From: Marsupella aquatica
Lineage: Eukaryota; Plantae; Marchantiophyta
Direction of reading: 5' to 3'
DNA: 64,000 nucleotides
Assembly: GCA_973895155.1 (NCBI GenBank)
Contig: OZ316896.1
Coordinates: 18,154,754-18,218,753 of the forward strand
Both the position numbers and the translations under genes were made by a program. The stretch's first letter is position 1. Each line of letters begins with the position of its first letter. This document shows positions 1-13,185 of the stretch, piece after piece. The notes beneath the pieces were generated by a model. The model saw only the letters and a list, made by a program, of their open reading frames with translations. It did not search any database and was not told where the DNA came from.

Positions 1-1365
1 AGCCACCAAAAAAAGAGATAGAGAGAAATTGTCTATGGCATTGATAAAGAGAAAATACAAACTTTTCTTGCAGGGCATGTGCAAAGCTTATTGCCCCTAG
101 TGTACTACCATTGGGTGGGTGAGCAGGAGGGGAATCGATTCCCTACATAAACGATGAAGGGCAGATGGGATTTGCTATGAAGTATAAAGGTCCCACCCCT
201 TATTGACTGAACTAAGTGCACTAAACAGTAGTGGTGAGATACCAAAACATGCTCCTATGTCCTAGGGGTAAGGTAATGAAGAATAACACAACCAAATTCC
301 CAAGTATATAACTAGGTATGAAAATTTTCAACCTGTTTTTCCGACTTCCCCTTATGGTACATCACTGTTTCAGTCTCCCAACTCCAATTTGCTTTGGTGA
401 TTATTTTAATTTGGGTCTCCCATGGCTGGCTTCCTTGTATTTTTTTCTATGTGTGAATTACTTGGACCCCCCATGTATATTCCATTTATTATTTCAATGT
501 AGAAATTGATCGAACCCCTTTAAGTTTATTTATTTTAGTGCCACCTTTTCTCTGCCATTAATTGGAGGGAAAAGAAAAACTATTACTGATTTAAACTCGT
601 GACCTGAACGTTCAAACTGGACTCCTCTACCACTGCACCACATAGATATATTGAACAAAGGTTGTACCTTAATTACATTTAACATATAAATCATTCTGAC
701 ATTTCCATGACCAACAACCTCTCCTCTGGGCCCACGCCTCCCTGTCCTGAGCACAGAGTTTGAGATTTTTCAATAGGCTTCAATTCACATGCTCTTCATA
801 ATTGAAAGTTTTATATTTGCATTATCTTATGCAAGATTTGTATTTTCATAAATGTAGAAATGATAGTATAACTTAAGTTTCATATATTTTTCAATAAGTT
901 AAAATAGTGAAGCACTAGAATGATGTAGCTATATGATGTAGCAAGATGTGCGGTGATGAGAAACTGTAATCCGCTAGCAAATTACCTTAATGCTCACCAC
1001 ATGATAAGATTAGTCAGACTGAACAAACAAACTCAACAATCGAACAAAAGTCGGACTAAACCTCACATTATCAGTGTCACTTGTATGAAATCCATTCCAT
1101 TAAACCCTAGCACTTGAAGTGATGGCAAGTACCTTGAGCACTATTTGTTTTTCTATGGCCTAGAATTATTTAGTCTGTGGTATTTTGTGTCACACTTGGC
1201 CTAAATTCATGCACTCACCAACCCTCCTCTACGGGCCACACCCACACACAGGGGCTTGAGACAGAAGCCTGTTGGCTCCAAGTCCTAATGTCCCAGCAAC
1301 CTGAGCTAGATCAGTAGGTAGATTTGGGTCCAGGTAACTGCACATCAAAATATGACATATACTAC

Positions 1366-1692
1366 GTCTTTCCATACCATGATAAAGTTCATTATTTTTT
1401 ATAAATCAATGTACAACATCCTTCCATACCATGATAAACCTCACTATTTTCTTTAAATCAATGAGTGCATCCTTCCATACCATGATAAACCTCACTATTT
1501 TCTTTAACTCAATGAGTGCATCCTTCCATACCATGATAATGACATATAAGACATCTTTCCATACCATGATAAACTTCATCATTTGCTATAAATCAATGCA
1601 CACCATCCTTCCATACCATGATAAACCTCATGAATATGTATAAATCAAAGCCCCACATCATTCCATACCATGATAAACCTCACTATTTTCTT
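1366..1692. repeat. Minisatellite, about 7 copies of a 51-52 bp unit (core TCCATACCATGATAAA)
   Basis: Core motif recurs at about 1371, 1423, 1474, 1525, 1558, 1610 and 1662. The intervening sequences are also related to each other. Confidence 0.85.
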
Positions 1693-2886
1693 TAAATCAA
1701 TATGCCATATATTACCACAGGTTGATGAGTGATTGATGGCAGGGGGTAGATTTTTGAGGTTAGTCTACACAACAGAGGAGACTCTGCCGAAGAAGGCTGT
1801 GCAAGAGCTCTGTGGATTGGAGATGTGTAAGTAGGGTTGAATGTAAGCCACACAGGTAGACCAATAGGCAGATTTGCGGTTAGTATACACAACAAAGGAG
1901 ACCCTGCTTAAAAGGCTTGGACAGTGCAAGAGCAGAGAAGATTGGAGTTCTGTCAGTAGGATTGAGCCTTTGTATTTTGAGCAATGGCGATGACATGTCG
2001 CCAATCTATTGAAGCAATTTAGCCAAAACAAAATCTTGCACAAAGGTCCACCTGGCAACTACCACAAAGAAAAATCTTTAAAAGTAGTTCAAAGGGTTTC
2101 ATGACAATTATTTTTCTTCAAATTAGCCACAAGGGAGAAGAAATCGAACTACGTCATGGAAATGCAACTGACTTCGCCAAAACACTCAGATTCGACCTCC
2201 TCCAGACGAGACTACAGAAGCTCATAAGAGCTGACAACTCTACTCAAACTGTTTACAGTGTACATGCTTGGACAAGCTCATCACAGCAAGATTGAAATTG
2301 ACGCTTCTTCCGATTGGCACTCAAATCACGCCCTCTTTAGTATCGCAACACAAAATCTCGTGCTCTCAGACGTCCGAGAATGCACTTCTTGTGATCTAGA
2401 TAAGACGAGAAAAAGAGAAAAAATAGTCTCTGCAGGTGCAAGTCTTTACTCAGAGTTTCCTACACCACCAGTATTTCTGTGACATTTGGAGCGGCGAGAG
2501 TAGACTTGCAACTATTTACTGAAAGGCTTGACATTCTTGCACCCCCAACATTTCTTCGTAATTTGGAGCAGTCCACAATATAAATGTTGGTTGATTTGAC
2601 TGGTCATGACTAGTGGACCCTCCACTCCGCTGAAGCTCTAGTGATGTAGTCTTCCATCAAATATAGCCTCTTTAAGAGTAGACACATCTACAGATAGTTC
2701 TATCGGTTCTCCATATCTGAAGGCTCTATTGTGTGCCAGTATGCATTACTGCATCAGATTAAAGTCAGCATATCTTGGTCCAATCTTGTGGGTGTGGCCA
2801 TGGTTCTAGAATGTCCTCCAAGAAGAAATCTACATTACTTTCCGTGGCAGGTACTATTTCTGGGCCAGAAATTACAATGATAACCT

Positions 2887-5564
2887 TTAGTGTATACCTG
2901 CTCCATCGGGAAGCGAGACTTTGAGCGCACCCTTGGAAGTAACTAGTGCCGTTTTGTCAAAAGTTGCGACGCCACCTGATTTACAAACCAAGGGTTAGGT
3001 GATTCTATGATTGCTGTAGGAGAAATCCGAAGTGCAGCCTGTGTGCTTAAAGCTTGTAAGATCATCTAAGATCGAAACTATATTTCAAATCTATGTAAGC
3101 TTGTAAGATCATCTAAGATCGAAACTATATTTCAAATCTATGTTCATGATAACCAACCAATTGTTGTACGAAGGAATACCAGGCACGAAGACATGAATCA
3201 AAATACAAGAATATTTCCAAATACAGCTGAGCTGCTTCCACATACCTCCCACTTTCAGAAGAGGAACAATCTTCTCCCAAACCTTTGAACTTAGTTGCTT
3301 TGCGGGACTGGCACTTGCAGTAGAGCCCTGCATACACAGGAGAGTTACCAAAAAGTATTTGCGTCAAAGGAGCTCAGATTTAAAGGAAATTTGAGACACC
3401 GTCATGATATGAATGTCACCATTGTCCTATGTCAAACTACCCCGTCGTATCGCTATTTGGTCTCCTGGAGGACAATAGCTACATTCACATCATGAAGACT
3501 CAAAGATTGTACCCAACCCAGTAAACTAAAATTACCCTTGTACAATTTTCGCGCTTTCTGCTTGAAGGCAAACAGACTAGAATGAGGACCACAACAGTTC
3601 TGACTGAGTTCTTTCCAGATGACGGCCACCAAACAATCACAGCAAGTAGTGCAATTGAGAATGCACCTCCAGGTATATTCGATCGCCGACTGAAGCATCT
3701 GAAGGAGGCACTAGGACCTGCCAAACCAAGTCGAGGCCCAGTAGAAGTCATCAGAAACATCACCACATTATGCGATTTGTTGGGCCAGAAAGTTCAGCAT
3801 ATAAATATATTCTTCTAACTCGTTGCCGGTTCGTTCATCAGTTTCCTCTCCTCCCCTTACTTTGGTGTCTGTCATGAAAGAGCCATTTATACACTTCTTG
3901 AATAGTATCATAAGAATTCCTCGCAAATTGACTTAGAACGCTTTTTGGGGACTTTCAGAGAAAAGTCAGACTAAACCAAAAAAAGGAACACACAAGCCAA
4001 AAAACTGAGGAATTACCTTAACCGTCTCTACATCACCAGCATGAACATCGCCAGCCAATATCATAGCTTCACTTAACTGTCCAGCCAACTTAGCTGGTTT
4101 CAAATTAAGAATAAGGGCGACCTTCTTTTGTTCAAGTTCTTGGGCAGGAATGAATTTTCGTAGGCCAGCCACAACCTACAATTCACAACGACAATCCAGC
4201 TCCATGACGGCCTGAACAGGTAAGGAGAACATACAGGCACATGGTTTTTCAAATGAAATCCTCATTCAATGAATTTCAGGAAGGTAAACACATACGCATT
4301 TCACAGATAAAATTAAGGCTGCGGGACATCCGTAGATTCCAGTTTCGGAGTTTACGCACCTGTCTGAACACTCCGGATGTGACCTCAACCTTGCAAATAA
4401 AGAGCTTTTCTGAGATGGGATGATCAGCCACGGAATGCACTAATCCAACCTGTTCACAATATCAGCTTACGCTTACTAAGGCAAGTACTTGTAGAAGTGG
4501 TTGTAGAGAACGTCATATGCTCCTAACTTGTTTCTTCTGTGGTTGTTGAAAGGGATTGTTACAAAGTTTAGATGAAGGAAACAACTCCCACTGTGCACCA
4601 TCCAAAGTCTCTCGCAGATAAAGGAGCAATGGTTGGCAAGTCAGAAAACCAACCTGAAAGTGTGCCTTCTCAAAGTTCTCCACGGGCTCCAACTCCTGAG
4701 CAGAGGACAGCTTTGCAGCAGTGGGAGTTTTGGATGGTTTCTCAGCCGGTACTCCAGGGAGTTTCACTGCCCCACCAGCAGCAACCCAAAACATGACAAG
4801 ACCATTATGGGACAACGACCTTTATAATTTGCTAGAACCTAAGCTAAAAAACACTGATGCTTGACACGATTGCCGTAGTGAACAGGTTGTCCCTCAGTCT
4901 CATAAATCCTGTCACGGTGTACTTACAAATGTTTTTTAAATACTGCTATTCGCTTTAATAGAGTTCAAACCACAGATCCTCTGATACCAAATATCATAAA
5001 ATCTGTTTTGAGCTGGAGAAAGCTCAACACGAATATGAGAAAATTACGAGAAGCTCCACATGTCGAGATATTCTCAATCAAAATTTGTTTAGTGTGAGAC
5101 ACTTACGAGGCTTCTTCCCTGGTCTATCCAAAATCGTCCCCTTCCCAGCCTCCTGCTGCTCGGCCGTGAGCTGAGCAGACTTAAGTATTACCTTAGGCGC
5201 TAATGGTTCATCCTACCAAATGGAACACGAGTCATCAGCACAAGGCTCACAGAAGACTCATAAGCGTCATTGACTGTCGAGAAAGAAAGGACCGTCTAAA
5301 AATGGATCAAACGTCCAAGACTCAAACCATCGCAAAGTCACAAGGCTTCATTAACGACAGCCAAACCAAAATTCGAAACCATCACACCTTCTTGAGAGAT
5401 TGAGTTGGCCATGGCGTGTCAGCCGGAGGTCTCTTAGGTGGGGCAACAGCCTCGGGAGCGGGTGCGGAAGACGCCTGCAAGCGCGAAATCAGGGAATCTA
5501 GAAGTCCAATGGCACCATCTATTGCCAATTTGGGAATGTCAGTGCTCCCTTGTCCTTCCACCAT
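2887..5564 (-). CDS. Multi-exon gene for a tRNA-binding OB-fold domain protein (EMAP II/Trbp111/MetRS C-terminal-like)
   Basis: Exons give MVEGQGSTDIPKLAID..., VGLVHSVADHPISEKLLICKVEVTSGVFRQ, VVAGLRKFIPAQELEQKKVALILNLKPAKLAGQLSEAMILA, DASVGDRIYLE, KQLSSKVWEKIVPLLKV, GVATFDKTALVTSKG...GIH*. GT-AG junctions at most boundaries; one or two small exon boundaries are uncertain. Confidence 0.8.
3050..3143. repeat. Perfect 47-bp tandem duplication in an intron
   Basis: AAGCTTGTAAGATCATCTAAGATCGAAACTATATTTCAAATCTATGT at 3050-3096 and 3097-3143. Confidence 0.9.
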
Positions 5565-5688
5565 TCTGGCCACACTGTTCCTGCTCCTCCGGTCCTTCTG
5601 ATCTCCTCTGATGCGAAGGTTTCGCTCAGCCTTCCCAGATCGACACTGCTGTGCTCAATGAAGGATCTCACTACGGAGCAAGAGCTGA

Positions 5689-5718
5689 GGAATGGAATGG
5701 AATGGAATGGAATGGAAT
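5689..5718. repeat. (GGAAT)n microsatellite upstream of the tRNA-binding gene
   Basis: About 6 GGAAT units read directly. Confidence 0.85.
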
Positions 5719-5735
5719 TCAACTTCAATTCTGTT

Positions 5736-5744
5736 AAACCCTAA
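5736..5744. promoter_or_regulatory. Possible telo-box (AAACCCTAA)
   Basis: Exact motif about 170 bp upstream of the ATG of a translation-related gene. Telo-boxes are typical of such plant genes, but a 9-mer can occur by chance. Confidence 0.3.
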
Positions 5745-8317
5745 AGCCCGTTGATCTCCAATCCTGTCCAAATCCTGCTCCAATTCCGCTGATTTGTTCC
5801 TCGAGTAATTTCCAGTCTTCAACGTTCCAGTTCCAGGATTTTCCGATCGAGCTCCAATTCCAATTCGTGCCTCTAATCGTGCGGAAGAAATGGCAGGCAG
5901 CAGGTTTCTCATTCTCTGATTCTCATTCTTTGCATGGCTCGAGTTTCGTGAGTCCAGCCTAAACCCTGAACCCCGGTGTACAGCAACTCCGACTCAATTA
6001 GTTCGAAAGAAGAATTTCATTTTACTAGAGTGAAATCCCCAAAGTACCCTCCTTCCAAAATAAATGAATATATTGGCATTCACCCGAAAATGGAGACCGA
6101 AGCTATGCCCCATCCCTATGGAAGTCATGGGCCCAGGTTTCACAGAAAAGGACAAGAAATAGGCTCTGTCTAGAATGGAATTTTGGGCGTGAATTCATGG
6201 AATTTGGGGAATTTAAAGCTTGAATTTTTTTTTTGAGAATGACGTTCACTTTTGTGAAAGACTTCCCATGTGGCTCAGTCTTGGATCAAATTTTAGGAAT
6301 GAAATTTATGAGATTTTGGGAATGACATTATTCTACACGGAAAGAAAAATAAACCAAATATTTTGGGAACTACTGTAGGTTTCAATTTTGTGAAATATAT
6401 CCTTGAATAACTTTGTGAAGGAAAATAATTTTGTGAAGGACACCTTGAGTAGCTCTGGTCTTGGTACGAGACCTCGGGGGCTCATTTAGGGCAGATTTCT
6501 AGGCTTCTGTTGGTATTACAAGTCCTTGGGGGCTCATTCAGGTAAGGTTTCTACCTATCCTACATGGCAAGGAGTGAATGAGTGGAGCTTCTGTTGGTAA
6601 TACAAGTCCTTGGGGGCTCACTCAGGTAGGGTTTCCATCTATCTTAACAGGGCAACCCAAGTATATGCTGACATGGAGTGCTAGTTTTGTCTACAATTTT
6701 AGACAACTTAAAAGGCAGTCCAAATATTTTGAACTCTGGCGTGTCAATTTGAGGGATTTGCATTTATTGAAGTTCGAGTATTTTCAGATTCTGGACTATT
6801 CATCCAAGAGCTTTGCATTTATTGAAGTTCAGTTCAAAGAATTCGTCTAGAAGTGGTCTACTACAAGAAGTGGTCCAATACTTTTCTATTTGTGAAGAAA
6901 AGATACATGTGCCCAGTGTCTTGCACAAGCCAATCATATCCATTATTTTCCACATAGTTCCAAACCACTCACATTTCAAGTTGTGAAGTCATTTCATGTG
7001 TTTGGAGTCTAAACTAACGAGATGACTTTTATTTGGGTTCCCACCAATAACTCGTCTCTGAGATATAAGCTTCGACCAGCTCTGACCCCGTGTTGGTGGC
7101 ATGAATCCGAAAGAACCATAATTTCTAGACACAATAATTTGGTGGCAAGTGTTAATCTCAAGTGCTTAGACACAAAGAATTTGCTGGTCGTTGGTCTCTA
7201 AACCCTAAAACCTAGACATACACATGGAGAGGGTCCTGTCTCCATTGAAGGGCAGCGGAAATGGGACAGACAGAAGCTTTTCTCCAATACACATACTATG
7301 AATGAGTTCTTCTCCTGAGTCCATGATTTACACTTGATCTCCCAAAGACATCCTATGGGTGAGTTCTTCACCTAGTCCCTCTCCCCAGGAAGTACATTTG
7401 AGAGTCGCAATTTACAAGAACTGCAAGAGATCTTTCTAAGCCTAGAGGAGTCAAAGGTAACTAAGAGCTAACCACGACTTCAAACTCTACTTGAAAACTG
7501 CATAGAAAAACTAATTCTGCGAGAAGCAGCTAAAGATAGACCCTGGCAGCAAATGAAGGAATGGCTTAACAGAATGGACAGAACTACCATTCGAGTGAGC
7601 AAGCCTACAAGTCCAAAACAGTGAAACTTTGAACAGAACAAAAACCTGTAATCAAATCAAACACCGTCATAAAATTCACACAAATAGATAACTGTTCATT
7701 CCTTTGCTTTTAGAGCAAAGCTTTCATTCATGATGGGTTAGAAACATGAATTGAGAAATTGCTCGTCGGATGTTTTCACCTGGCTTCAGTCAAAGTAGAT
7801 CCTTCTGTCAAGCCCATGTCGAGGACAGGTAACCACTGGAACGCTTATGCCAAGCCCCCGTCAACTAATCTAACGAGGAAATTTTGAAGTAATCGAAAGA
7901 ATTTTTGTAAATTTCAACCCAGAGCTTCATTTCGTACAGGTGTGATTTCGACTGTTACCAAGCAATCCTTACAAATTTGCAATTGAATTTTTGTCAATTC
8001 TCACGGTGACCAACAACTTCTTCCCAGTACCTGAACGATATAGGATGACTTTTACTGCCCGTTGCTCACAAAATTGTGAATGTATGAAACGGTCTTTCAC
8101 CCTAGAAAGGGCTTGTTAAGACGCCAAATTGCATGAGCTCAAAGTTCCTGTGACAGAACTGCCATCGTCGAGGGCTGCAATATAAACCTTCGAAAATAAT
8201 GCTTTTCGAATGCATGCCCTTAATCAAGCAGACAACGAAAACCTGATTATATCTGGGCTGCAAGTGAGTACTGTTTACAGTCTCTTTCCAGCCAGCGCAA
8301 CACAGCTTTCAATGTGG

Positions 8318-11300
8318 TCACCAGTAATCACCACACGAACACACGCCATCTTTAAAATGGTGAAAGCGACTTGCATCCCTCGTTATAATCTCGCGTCCTG
8401 TCACCTTCGAGATAAGCTTGGTTGCGGCATGGCAATCTGGACACACCCGAAGGTTCTTCCTTACGGGTATTGGTTGTCCCCGAGGTATGTGCATAAGTCC
8501 GTAAACAATAGCCAGCTTCTCACTATGAGAGCTGAGAGCTAGTTCTCTATCCTTCTCACTTATATCATGCAACACAAGCTGGGTATCCGGAATGTAGCCT
8601 TCAGCCTTCAGTTTTTCAGTCAATTTATTGAGCTTACTATATATCGCCTTCGCTTCTGGGTGAGATGTATCCCCTGCAACAAATTCATGTATCTTGTTGT
8701 CAACTTCAATCCAGCTACGCCCTGGCTCCTTCCGAACACCTCTCTTTTGCATCATAGTGCGCACCAATGAAACCTTCTCCCATTTGCCAGCTGCAGCGTA
8801 AATGTTGGAGAGAAGCACATATGTAGAGGACTTACTGGGTTCCAACTTGAAAAGCTCGTTTGCGACAAACTCGCTCAACTCCACATTACCGTAAGTTCTA
8901 CAAGCCCCAAGCAAGGCTGTCCAAGTTACTACATTCGGTTCAATTGGCATGTCAGTAATGAAGAGCTTTGCTTCCTCCAAGTGTCCAGCCCGCCCAAGAA
9001 GATCCACCATGCAGGTATAATGCACAATGGTAGGCTCGATGCCATAATCTTGCGTCATGACTGAAAAGAGTCTACGGCCATCATCAACAAGGCCTCCGTG
9101 ACAACAAGCTGACAAAACTGTCACCAATGTAGTTCCATTGGGCTTCACAAGTTCCGTATTCATTTTTCTGAAGAGTGCCAGTGCTTCATGCGCACATCCA
9201 TGTTGTGCAAGTCCACCAATCATTACATTCCATGTGATTACATCGCGTTTCTCCAATATGTCAAAAACTCGTCGGGCGTCATCTATATTGCCAGTCTTTG
9301 CATACATCTGAACCAGTGCACTGCCCACACGAAAATCCGACTCCAGTCCCGCTTTCCTAGCTTGGCCATGAACCTCCTTCACCCACTCCAAAGCCTCCGC
9401 ACTTGCTGATGCATTGAGAACGCTCATATAAGTGATTGCATCTGGTTCAAAGCCTTCCCGTCGCATTTGGAGAAACAGTCGATATGCTTCATGCCCACAT
9501 CCATGTTGTGCAAGTCCACCGATCATTACATTCCATGTGAATACATCGCGTTTCTCCATTCTTTGAAAAACTCGTCGGGCATCATCTAGACTGCCACTCT
9601 CAGCATACATGTGAACCAGTGCATTCCCCAGACGCAAATCTGAATCCAGTCCCACTTTGCTAGCATGATCATGAACCTCCTTCACCCACTCCAAAGCCCC
9701 CGCGCTGGAAGATGCATTCAGAATGCTCGTATAAGTGATTGCATCTGGGTCGAAGCCTTCCTGCTGCATTTGAAGAAAAAGTCGATATGCTTCGAGCCCA
9801 CGCCCATGTTTTGCAAGTCCACCGATCATTACATTCCATGTGACTATATCTCGCTTCTCCATCCTGTCAAAAAGTCGTCGGGCGTCATCTATACCGCCAC
9901 TCTCTGCATACATGTGAACCAGAGCATTGCCCAGACGCAAATCTGACTCCAGTCCCGCTTTGCTAGCATGGCCATGAACATCCTTCACCCACTCCAAAGC
10001 CCCCGCGCTTGCAGATGCATTCAGGATGCTCATATAAGTGATTGCATTTGGTTCAAAGCCTTCCCGTCTCATTTGGAGAAAGAGCCGATATGCTTCATGT
10101 CCACATCCATGCTGTGCAAGTCCACCGATCACTACATTCCATGTGACTAGATCGCGTTTCTCCATTGTCTCAAAAACTCTTCGGGCGTCATCTATACTGC
10201 CACTCTCTGCATACATGTAAACCAGTGCATTGCCCACACGCAAATCTGAATCCAGTCCCGCTTTGCTAGCATGGCCATGAATCTCCTTCACCCACTCCAA
10301 AGCCCCCGGGCTTGCAGATGCATGTCGGATGCTCATATAAGTGATTGCATCTGGTTCGAAGCCTTCACGCCGCATTTGAAGAAACAGTCGATATGCTTCG
10401 TGCCCACATCCATGTTTTGCAAGTCCACTGATCATTCCATTCCATGTGACGACATCGCGTTTCTCCAGTCTGTCAAAAACTCGTCGGGCATCATCTATAC
10501 TGCCACTCTCTGCATACATGTGAACCAGTGCATTACCCACTCGCAAATCCGAGTCCAGTCCCTCTTTGCTAGCATGGTCATGAACTTCCTTTACCCACTC
10601 CAAAGCCCCCACACTTGCAGATGCATTCAGAATGCTCAAATAAGTGATTGCATCTGGTTCGAAGCCTTCCCATCTCATTCGGAGAAACAGTTGATATGCT
10701 TCATGCCCACACCCATGTTGTGCAAGTCCACCGATCATTACATTCCATGTGATGACATCTCGATTGGTCAAATTTTCAAAAACTCGCCTTGCCTCCGTTA
10801 TGCCCCCACACTTTGCATACATCTTAAGGAGTGCAGTCCCTACACGAACATCCGATTCAAAGCCGGCACTTCGAATACACACATGAACTTCTTTTCCCCG
10901 TTTGAGAGCTAATGGGCCGGCACATGCCTTCAGGATGCTAAAATATGTGACCACGTTCGGCCGCCAACCTTCTTGGCGCATTTGATTGAAAATTTCAAAA
11001 GCGGATTCAGGGTGATTATACTTTGCATAACCTGCAATCATCACAGTCCATGCAACAATAGTCTTCTTCTCAAGTTTATCAAAAACTCTGCGTGCATCCA
11101 ACAATTCCCCGCATTGGATGTACGCATTCATGAGGGAGATCGCCACATATGGATTCTTATCCATTCCACTCTGAATGACGCACTCATGAACCTGCTTGGC
11201 CGTTAAAAGGTCTTTCTGCTTCGAACACCTTACCAGAACATCAACATACATGTACGAGTCGACGGTAATACCTCGTTGCAGACGACTCTTCAAAATAGCA

Positions 11301-12403
11301 ATTTGACTCGTGGTACCAGCGCTATGCATGTGCGTACTGCCATTTCCATGTGCAGTGTGTCGAGACCAATCTCTGCTGCTATAACTTGGAGCTCGCTGAT
11401 CAGATGTACACTTTTCCGCTACCCGGGACCTTCTATGCTCTGAGATAGTGCTGTCCGTGGGCACAGGATTAGAGCTTGCTTTCGAACCCGGCTGGACAAC
11501 TTCCAGCGTTGATGATGAAGTACTTGGGTCTAAATTCCCAGGAGCATTCAAGTCCCAGGCCTTGCTTTTGTCTACCCTCACGGAAGAAAATTGAGGCTCT
11601 AGTGCAGTGGCAAGCTGGATGACTAGAGAGGGATTATCGCCAGGAGGTCGATGACATTCGTCAAACGGTTTATTGAAAGACGGTACATCCACAGTTCTCT
11701 TCGGTTCGCTGGTGGGACACAAATTAAATGCGTCCTTAAGCGGTTCCTTCCGCCATGGCCACCGCTGTTTCAGGGCTCTGGCATCTCCATGAAAAGACGA
11801 TGGGGAAATCTTCACACAAAAACTTCCATTTTCTAATTGATCATCCAGGAGAAGCACCCGCTGCCGCTGAGGCCTGCAAAAATGAAAATTTGAAGTTTAC
11901 AAGTTACATGGCTGGATAACGGTGGGCTAAGCTCTACAAACTACAGAAACGACCACGCAATGTGTGCGTTGGAGACACTTTTTTGAGAAGTAATACAAGG
12001 GAAGGGAAGGGATCCTCCGTTGAATTGACAGGACCCAACCTAAGAAATTTATTCTTAGTAGCCTATTTCGAACCGATTTAGAAAACGTCCAAGTGAATAA
12101 CAACGAACAGAGGCCCATTCATAAAATTCAACATATGCGGAATGTTTCCAAGTACAGCCAACAGAAGACTGCAAAATGAAATCTGAGACAAATAGGAAAT
12201 GTAGGTAAGAACCTTGAGAACGTCCGGATGGTATGAGAGGAATGCTGGCAAGCCCGTCGACAGGGCTGGCAGTGAGAACAGAGGATGATGGAGCAAGATG
12301 TGAAGGCAGAGGAGAAGTGCGGGGTCTGCTGCTGTGGCAGAATCTGCACGGGCGTCCCCAACCCCGGCAGGGTTAGGCTACTCCCTTTCATTACTTCACT
12401 CAT
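8318..12403 (-). CDS. PLS-class pentatricopeptide repeat protein with E/E+/DYW deaminase domain (organellar C-to-U RNA editing factor), about 1248 aa
   Basis: The 1179-aa ORF has P-L-S triplets, a PG box (EPGRSWIEV), HSEKLA, CPDCH and terminal DYW. An upstream exon 12403-12213 (MSEVMKG..., Ser/Thr/Arg-rich, transit-peptide-like) splices in frame through GT(12212)...AG(11874). Confidence 0.93.
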
Positions 12404-12719
12404 AGCAACCCGTGTCCCGCACAGTCCCCTCAATGGACCTGCTCTCGCATTTTCCCGTTCTCATGCTCCCCTTACTCCCTCCTTGCTCCTCCACCTCTTC
12501 GTCCGCCACGCCCCTGCCCGAAGACAAACGCTGGTTCCCCACTTTCTCCTTTCACCCACTCCAACCCGCCCGAATGCATCCCAATCTATAACGTAATCCA
12601 ATTCAGCGTACTCGAATCCCATGCGATCTCCCGCTCGCTTTCTACTCCCGTTTCCACCACGCTGCTGCTGCTCTATGCGAATGTCCGTCCACCAACGCGA
12701 TTGAGGAGGCGATCGACTA

Positions 12720-13185
12720 TGGCGGTGAGAAGGAAGAACTCTGGGAAGGCAGAAATGTCAGGCCCTAATCTGTCACTGAATTTGATCGTATAAACCTTGA
12801 TCTGTCACTTGGAATTCTGTCACTTCGGATTGAGCTGGACTGAGCCGAGCTAAGAGAGCCGAGCTGAGCTGTTATTCCAATCCCAACAGCGAGTCGATCG
12901 GGGATTGATCGCCTCTGTTCTCCACCGACAGTGATGGTAAGAAGGAGGAACTCTGGGACGGCAGCAGTGTTAAACCCTGGCCTGTCGCTCGAATTTGCTT
13001 GCTTCTTCCTGGATCTGTCACTTGGGATTCTGTCACCTGGGGCTCACTTGGGATTCTGTCACCTGGGGCTCACTTGGGATTCTGTCACCTGGGGTCACTT
13101 GGAATTCTGTCACCTGGGGCACAGAGCTGAGCTGAGCAATTCTAAATCCCAACTGCGAATCGAGCTGGGATTGATCGAACTATGG
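12720..13185. repeat. Local duplication with tandem 20-22 bp units (CTGTCACCTGGGGCTCACTTGGGATT-like)
   Basis: 12720-12910 resembles 12935-13180, with CTGTCAC(C/T)TGG repeated many times. Confidence 0.7.

Noticed and set aside
1366-1692. CRISPR-like regularly spaced repeats
   Set aside because: The spacers are related to each other, the context is eukaryotic and there are no cas genes. It is a minisatellite.
8210-11836. Several + strand ORFs up to 213 aa with repeated sequence
   Set aside because: Antisense shadows of the repetitive PPR gene.
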